From positions 324,756,001 to 324,820,000 of the forward strand of contig OZ024740.1 in the NCBI GenBank assembly GCA_964016885.1: 64,000 nucleotides of DNA. Direction: 5' to 3'. Shown here in pieces: positions 56,321-64,000 of this stretch. The notes beneath the pieces were generated by a model. It saw only the letters and a list, made by a program, of their open reading frames with translations. It had not been told where the DNA came from and ran no database searches. How positions within the stretch are numbered: position 1 is the stretch's first letter; the number at the start of each line of letters is the position of its first letter. The position numbers were made by a program, and so were the translations under genes. This DNA comes from Eledone cirrhosa. Its lineage: Eukaryota.

Positions 56321-56422
56321 ACTCGGTAGGCTATAAAATCAGAATTACACCACGTACGGAGCTCTAATGATTATGCTAAGCTACAACCCTTATAAAAACA
56401 ATGGTTTCTAATTTAGGCATAC

Positions 56423-57400
56423 CATCATCATCATCATCATTTTACGTCCGCTTTTTCCTGCTTGCAAGGATGGGACGGGTCCTATTCAGCACAGCATCTC
56501 TCCATTTGTCACGGTCGTTCGTCATCTCCTCCGTGAGCTTCAGCGATCTGAAGTCAGCTCTCACCACCACCGCCTATTATTTTCGTGGTCTTCCTCTACC
56601 ACGTCTTCTTCTACTGGGATTTCTTGGCACTTCTTTACCCAGCGGTCATCCCCCATGCGCATAACATGTCGATTCCAACGCAGTCTTCTCTCCCGCACAC
56701 TACAGCTTATCCCTCTTATACACAGTTTCTCTCTCAACTCGTCTATGGTTGGTCGTTCACGCACATTGACATTGCACATCCAACGGAGCATGTTTGCTTC
56801 ATTTCTCTCCAGCCGTCGCATATCCTCCGCAGTTGCTGCCCATGTCTCACTGCCATGCAGCATCGCGCATCTCACATAGGCATCATATAACCGGCCTTTC
56901 GTTCGTAGGGAGAAACGATTCTTTGTCAACAGAGGAAGCAGCTCCCTAAACTTCTTCCAACCCGTCCTTATTCTAGATACTATGGCCTCAGAGCTTCCTC
57001 CTTCCTTACTAATCTGATTACCTAGATATCGGAAGCTATCGACCATATCTATAGATCCTACCTACATTTGAAAAATGTATCTATCACTGCGACTTCTACT
57101 GTCAAATTTCCCTGTACATCTACTGCATATGTAGTTTTCCATACCTGTTAGTTTGCCTGCTATCCCACTACATCTCTTGTGTACCCAAGATCTGCATTTA
57201 GTATATTTTATAGAATGTATGCCAACTCCTGTTCTACATATCGAACATGGCCATTTCCTTGATGGAATCAGAATTTTGTCCTCTTTTCTACTTATCAACT
57301 CATTAGTTTCACTCTCAGTCCTCTTGATTCCAATTGCTGTATCCATAGCCAGAATGCATGATATTTGTGGAAGAGCCAAGAGTACCTCTAGCCAAGTACT
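56423..57400 (-). mobile_element. RTE LINE 3' portion with PHD-like Cys insert and (ATG)n tail
   Basis: KWPCSICRTGVG..CRSWVHKRCSGI..YICSRC, then VDSFRYLG, MLHGSETW, RERRLRW. Confidence 0.88.
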
Positions 57401-58024
57401 TGACTAGTAAATTAATTGTTAGATCTCGGAATGATGAAATAGAAAGTTTCCCTCGGCAGGATTTGAACTTAGAGCGTAGTGAGCATGGGCGAATATTACA
57501 ACGAATACTATCTGGCGCTTTAATGACTCTGATCCATTGCCTTCCACTGCTTCAATTTAGACAAAATGCCTGCAGTTTGGAGAAGGAAACAGTGGATTAA
57601 ATCTACGCAAGTCTTAACCGCTATCTTATTTTTATTACACGGGATTAATGAAATGTAAAATTTAACTCGGTGGAATTTGATATTAGAACGTAAAGGAGTT
57701 TTAGCTAAATACTGGAAAGTATTTTGTCCGACGCTCTAACGATACTGTAAACCATATGAAAATTCAAAATTCTTTATTCACATAAACAGCCCTACTAAAG
57801 ATAGCCGAAATAGGTGCTTCACCAGAATAACCCTCACCCACGAAAGTTTTATGTAAATAAAACAATAATATAATCCGAAATAATGTATTTCAAATTTGGG
57901 TTAGGGTTACGGTAAAGTAAGGTTAAGAAATAGAAGCTTCAATGTGACTTGATTTTACTTTTATAAATTTCTTCGGTGATAAAATAACCATCATTATCAT
58001 CATTAACGGTGGATTGTCAGTCAC

Positions 58025-58715
58025 ACACTGGGGTCGATTTAATCGACTTTCCCCTCCCCCAAAATTGCTGGCCTTGTGCCTATATAAGAAACCATTATTA
58101 TCATCATTATTATCCTCATTACTGGTACTTTATTTTATCGACCTCGTAAGGATGAAAGGCAAAGTTAACCTCAAATCCCGCCGAGGTTAACTTTGCCTTT
58201 CATCCTTACGAGGTCGATAAAATAAAGTACCAGTAATGCACTGGGTAATTGCTGGCCTTGTGCCAAAAGTAGAAACAATTATTATCCTCATTAACGGTGG
58301 ATTGTCAGTATCGGTAGAGCGTCAGACGCCATGCTTTGCAACATAGAGTCATGGCCCTTTACGTTCTGAGTTCAAATCCCGCCGATGTTAACTTTGCCTT
58401 TCACCCTTATGGAGTCGATAAAATAAAGCACCAGTAGCGCACTGGGGTGGATTCAATCGATTTTGCCCTCTCCCCAAATTGCTGGCCTTGTGCCTATTGT
58501 AGAAATCATTATTATCATCATTAACGGTGGATTAGCAGTATCGGTAGAGCGTCAGACACCATGCTTAACAGCATAGAGTTATGGCCCATTCATTACGTTC
58601 TGAGTTCAAATCCCGCCGATGTTAACTTTGCCTTTCATCCTTACGGGGTCGATAAAATAAAGTCCAGTAATGTACTGAGGTAATAGCTGGCCTTGTACCA
58701 AAAGTAGAAACAATA
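58025..58715 (+). mobile_element. Tandem cluster of tRNA-SINE copies with an internal foldback
   Basis: Units of the 8417 family at ~58170-58280, ~58294-58505, ~58524-58715; inverted arm at ~58117-58172. Confidence 0.85.
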
Positions 58716-59100
58716 ATTTAATGCGAATAATTAGTAACGAAAATAATCAAGAAATAATTTTGTTAAGGAACATTTTAGTAATTATCACCATTGTTACAGG
58801 TATTATCAACATCATAAACTTGACTGGGTACATTTTTTTTTTCTCCGTTTTGAGTTTGCTTTGAATCAATACAAGTTCATAAAATGACCTTCATTTCACG
58901 CATGTACTCGTATCAGAAACATGTTAAAAAGAATATCGTAATTCATTAATATCAGCTGTACATCATTTTCCATTTTCTATTGTACACTATAGGACCTGGG
59001 TATTTAGTTGGTACTGTTATTTTATGAATTACAAAAGATTCATTAATTCTGAGGTACCGAACGTAACATTTATAGTTTCTAACAAGTATTCAAAATACTA

Positions 59101-59280
59101 GGGCGGTGGATTGGCAGTATCGGTAGAGGGTCGGACGCTATGCCTTGCTGCATAGATTTACGGCCTTTTACGGCCTCAGTTCAAATCCCACCGAGGTTAA
59201 CTTTGCCTTTCATCCCTATAAAGCACTAGTAATGCACAGGGATAATTGCTGGCCTGTGCCAAAAGTAGAAACAATTATTA
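59101..59280 (+). mobile_element. tRNA-SINE abutting the stop codon of CAP gene 2
   Basis: GGCGGTGGATTGGCAGTATCGG head, GTTCAAATCC B-box, tail AAACAATTATTA. Confidence 0.85.
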
Positions 59281-60186
59281 TAATTGTATTAAATATAATA
59301 CTAATACTTGTGTCGCAAAAATAAAATGGTGGGTGATTCTCCGTGTGGAAATGCCTCTATTGCACACATTGCATTTCCAAGGACAATCAGCTTGAGTCTC
59401 TATTTGTTCACACATGTCCTCGGTTAGATTTGAGCAACTTTTCACTGGATCAAGATTGTTACAGCTGAGATCACATCTCCCTCCTTCAATATTAGGGCTC
59501 TTTATACATTCACATGTGCAATTATCTGTCATTATGCCGCCATTGTAGCACACTCGATTCAAACCACACGTGTTCATTGGACCAGACGTTTCACATTTTT
59601 CATAAATCTTGTCACCTTGATTAATGCCTGGACCATAGTTGCAAACATAGAACACTCCGACATTGGAGCATGCTGCCACTCCACATCCAATACGTGAAGT
59701 CGTGGATATTATCATCCGTTTATAAGATTCTGCCACATCTGAAAATTGATCACTGTAATTGAATGTGTTCGATTCTGTATACCAACCATATATAGTTGCA
59801 GTCCATGAACCGTATGCACGAGCTATATTTTGAACTATAGTAAATTGACCAGGTATTTTTCCAATGTTGTTTGTCATTCTTTCAAACACACAATGTTCCG
59901 CCCATTTCTGTGCTCGATAAGCGAGAGAAGTATCCCAGAACATCTTTGCCATTTTGCAGGCTTCTGGTTTAACCTGCTTTCGGTACTTGTTATGTAAAGA
60001 AAGGATTTCGTACCGTTCCTTTTCACCTGTTTCCAATGAGGCAAATAGATGTTCAGACTCTTTAAAACATACCACATGTTCTGGACGATACTTACAGATA
60101 CGTTTATGATTTTCATAAATTATAAAAGTGTTGTCCTCGTCGCACAGACACATCAGGAACTGTAAAGTTATCCACATTAAACGCAT
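59278..60186 (-). CDS. Intronless CAP/CRISP-family protein (302 aa) with EGF-like and ShK-like modules and hydrophobic C-terminus
   Basis: LHNKYR, MAKMFWDTSLAYRAQKWAEHC, VQNIA, RIGCGVAAC, FYVCNYGPG, CYNGGIMTDNCTCEC, CPWKCNVC; colinear with gene 1. Confidence 0.93.
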   Translation of the reverse strand: MRLMWITLQFLMCLCDEDNTFIIYENHKRICKYRPEHVVCFKESEHLFASLETGEKERYEILSLHNKYRKQVKPEACKMAKMFWDTSLAYRAQKWAEHCVFERMTNNIGKIPGQFTIVQNIARAYGSWTATIYGWYTESNTFNYSDQFSDVAESYKRMIISTTSRIGCGVAACSNVGVFYVCNYGPGINQGDKIYEKCETSGPMNTCGLNRVCYNGGIMTDNCTCECIKSPNIEGGRCDLSCNNLDPVKSCSNLTEDMCEQIETQADCPWKCNVCNRGISTRRITHHFIFATQVLVLYLIQL

Positions 60187-61589
60187 AATCTATCCAATAT
60201 TGTTGATTCCTTCAATTTGATGGAAGAAATAGCAGCTTTTGATACGCAAAAACATTTCATATACAGTTTTAACAAAATACACTATTCGCTTGTTTCAAAT
60301 TCCAAAATATGTAGCAAAATCTTTCAGACACACCCATATAAACCAGTATTCCAGAGGTGAATTAGAAGATGTATCAATATTAAATATCAATCTGGGGATG
60401 TCTGATAAATTGAGAAATAGGATTCAATTTTGAATTTAATGTTGTCAGTAACGTTACTATGATTTACTAAATAGTTATAGTCGTGTATTTTCTATTGTCC
60501 TTCTTAAATACGTAATCTAAATACATGAACGCACACTCACATAAATCGTTAAAATAATCTCGAGATATTCATTCCAAAAATAAACGCAGAAATAGTTAAA
60601 AATACATCTGCTTTGTTAAAAAAAATTCAATTGGATTATAAAGAAATAAGGAAAAAACATTAAATAGCGAAAAGGAGATGGAGCGGGAGACTGTTCATCT
60701 CGGACTAGGCAATATATATCTCAGCTAGCCCTATGGACAAAATAGTGAATGTATTGCCTCATAGAACGGCAAACGATACTCGCAGCATCAACCATTCGAT
60801 CTCACCGGATTACTTCCCTCCCCAGACTGGATGTACTCCTCCCAGTTTTGCGGCAGAAAACGGTAGCTCGTGGACAAGCTACACTAGAAATCACAACGGT
60901 GTCTCACGGGAAAAGGAAGTGTTCGTAAATTTCTGGTATTTTGCTCTCTTTTTTTTCTTTTACATGAAGGGTGACAGTACACGGGTTTGTGGCCAAAGAA
61001 ACAAGGCTTAGAACCTTTCACAACACTTCGCGTGCCAGATTAGAGATTTCTCACCCTCAAACGAAAAGAGGGGTTATCCAGTCCGAACGCTAGCCACCAC
61101 CACGGTTGAGGCCGTCTGATTAGCAGCCTTGATTAGCTTAACCATTTCGGGAATATGTTTCTAATAACATACACTCTATTTCCTGTAGTTAATGGATAAT
61201 TTAGAAGGATTTATTAAAAAGATTGAATATTTCATTATTAAGATGGTATTTCTAATAACACGTAACAAAAAGTCTAATATAAAATCATGTTGGAAGGTTT
61301 AAATCTAAATATAAACATTAAAATGGCTGGTTTTGCTGCAGAGAACCGGGGGTAGTTTGGGGTGGCTTACTATCAAATGGATTTGAATTAGAAGAGGGAA
61401 ACCCACGAAATATGTGGATACAGGTGGAAGTGGAGTATTACCGTCGTGAGCAATTGGATGAGAGGTTTTATTTTCTTTCTAACGACAAAACAAGCAGACT
61501 ATAGCCTCGGGTTGACCAATGCCTTTGAGTGGAATTTCATAGAGCTGGAAACTGCGGAAGACCGCTGTTCATATATATATGTATGTATA

Positions 61590-61870
61590 AGTTAATCCCA
61601 GGTTCAATCGGGAGTAACCACAGTAAGTAAGGTACTCAATACATAGCAGAGTATACATATTTAATATAACAATGACTTCTACAGGACTAGAACTGTTTCA
61701 TTCGGGAGAAATCAGCAGGAAGCCGGCTGTCCAAGTAATGTGGTGGTATTTATACCTTTTCTGGTGGAAGGAGAGGTGGTGATTGCGATGAGTGGAGGTC
61801 ATTGGTTGATGGATACAAAGAAAAGTGAATTCTTTAAAAACTATATTTAGAGAACAAAGACAGAAAGAAT
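61590..61870 (-). mobile_element. Family B pLTR copy with variant hammerhead (61674-61724)
   Basis: Minus strand GGCTTC-CTGCTGA-TTTCTCCCGAAT-GAAA-CAGTTCTAGTCCTG-TA-GAAGTC. Confidence 0.75.
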
Positions 61871-62411
61871 TCAAGCTAAGTCTCTGTAGAGAGGTTCACA
61901 CTGGGGTGGCCACTCCTGATTTTTAAGGTTCACGTAAGCTAACAATGGCTATTCATTGGTGGCTCTACTGAAATGGTCACCTGCCTACAATCATACACAC
62001 ATGCCCTCACTCCCACACACAGACACACACTCATACACATATATATATACATACACACACACACACTCTCACACGCACAGACACACACACACACACACAC
62101 ACGCACACACATATATATATATATATATGGTGGCTGCCAACTCGTTTTCGAGTACGACCACTACTTTATATCCATGTAGGAGAACCCCTACCGATGCGCT
62201 GAACGAGTGTGACTTTTTAGTCCAGCCAGCGACTTGAAAACTCTGGTACAAACACTACACTTGTGACAATTATTGACACATAGTGCTGGGCCTATGGTAC
62301 CATGTGACGACAAGTTCAGAGAGATCTCCAGATATAAATATATAAATATATATATATATATATACACACACATACACTATCATACATACATATATACGGA
62401 CGGGAGTTTTG

Positions 62412-62820
62412 TGTAACTGCCAAAATAAGGAAGCTTGTCTACTGGAAAACAAATGCCTGACGAATGACATCGTATATAAATGTGATGTCATCTCAGGCAT
62501 CGGTCACAAAAAAAAGTCTTATATCGGAATGACTTCCAACAATTTTAAGACCCAGTAGTATGCCCGTACCCACTCGTTCAGAAGACCGGACAAATCCAAT
62601 CAGACAATACTCGCCTCCTATGTCTGGGACCTCAAGAGGAACTCCATCCCTTTCACTCTCAAATGGAAATTACTCCAGAAATCGCGCTCATACATGAGAG
62701 GACACAAGTGTTGTAACCCTTGTATTTAAGAGAGCTACGAAATACTATATGCCAAGGTCCCGACATTGAACAAACTCTCTGAATACTGTCCGAATTCCAT
62801 GAACAAAAACTTTGCAACTT
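62412..62820 (+). mobile_element. Penelope-like GIY-YIG endonuclease fragment (not in the ORF track)
   Basis: CNCQNKEACLLENKCLTNDIVYKCDV..SYIGMTSNNFKT..HSF..LASYVWDLK..LKWKLL..CCNPCI*E; in-frame stops. Confidence 0.85.
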
Positions 62821-63045
62821 ACAAACATCTTAAGCCATCTTGATGCCAGATTCATAATTTACCCTACTCCCTACCCCCAACCCAAACCCCTTCTCGATCC
62901 GCCTCACGGTACTAAAGTTATGTAAGTACTTCTTACCTACTTTCCTTTTCTACGTGATTAACTTACTAGTATTGCACGCGTGTGTGTGTATATATATATG
63001 GGTGTGCGCGTGTATATGTTTATATATATGTGTGTGTATATATAT

Positions 63046-63114
<69 letters not shown>

Positions 63115-63225
63115 ATTGAGATAAGCGGAGCAACCAAGATTCAAACAATTTTTTTAAATAAATTAAAAAATATAATTTAAATATATATGTATGTATGTGT
63201 GTGTATGTATGCATATCTGTATATA

Positions 63226-63316
<91 letters not shown>

Positions 63317-63399
63317 ATGTGTGTGTATATATGTATATATATATATACATATATGTATGTATGTATGCATGCATGTATGTATGTATATATATATGTATC

Positions 63400-63816
63400 C
63401 AAAATCACCGGGAGAGATGACCCCTTAGCCTTTGTCAAGGCAGAATTCTAGGAGAAGGAAAACTGATATAACACCTGCAACCCTGATGGTATCCAATGAT
63501 GTTGACTTGTTCTTCTTTTTGGTAAATATCATCTTGGTTAAGAGAGTGGGACTGGCTTTGTGCAGTGCCTTTGCTCACTATAAAGGCTTCACGGCACAGG
63601 CATTGCTTTATATCTGGAGATCTCTCTGCACTTGTCGTCACATGGTACCATGGGCCCAGCACTATGTGTCAATAATTGTCACAAGTGTAGTGTTTGTACC
63701 AGAATTTTCAAATCGCTGGCTGGACTAAAAAGTCACACTCATTCAGCGCATCGGTAGGGGTTCTCCTACATGGATATAAAGTAGTGGCCGTACTCGAAAA
63801 CGAGTTGGCAGCCACC
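63400..63816 (+). mobile_element. Copy of the 7537-8132 RTE-related repeat
   Basis: Near-identical reverse complement of ~7537-7955. Confidence 0.8.
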
Positions 63817-64000
63817 ATATATATGTATATATACATGTTCATATGTATGTGTATGTATATGCGCGGGGACATAGAAATAGTCGGGCAGGATACCCGATCG
63901 CGCAGTTAAACCACTGGGAGTGAAGGACCCCTAGCCTTTGTCAGGGCATTCTTCTAGGAGAAGGCCTCAGGAAACTGGGATAACTCCGACATAAAACCTG

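Noticed and set aside
57062-57379. Host PHD-finger gene
   Set aside because: Colinear with RTE ORF2 motifs and its (ATG)n tail; part of the LINE

Overview
AT-rich, microsatellite-saturated animal genomic DNA. The repeat landscape and SINE family suggest an octopod cephalopod (inference). The only host genes are a minus-strand tandem cluster of intronless CAP/CRISP-like genes: two intact (44169-45527, 59278-60186) and one pseudogene (~53680-54326). The rest is mobile or repetitive DNA: Penelope-like (GIY-YIG) retroelements, Helitrons, RTE and Tx1/L1 LINEs, tRNA-derived SINEs, MITEs, a 7.2-kb 34-bp satellite and a 640-bp tandem/inverted array. The most striking hidden structure is about 14 type-I hammerhead ribozyme motifs in three sequence families, showing compensatory base-pair changes and including a U3-A8 core variant. 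Most sit back-to-back in palindromic cassettes embedded in (TA)n tracts. Nearly all short ORFs in the supplied track are microsatellite or antisense artefacts. All folds and alignments were done by eye.
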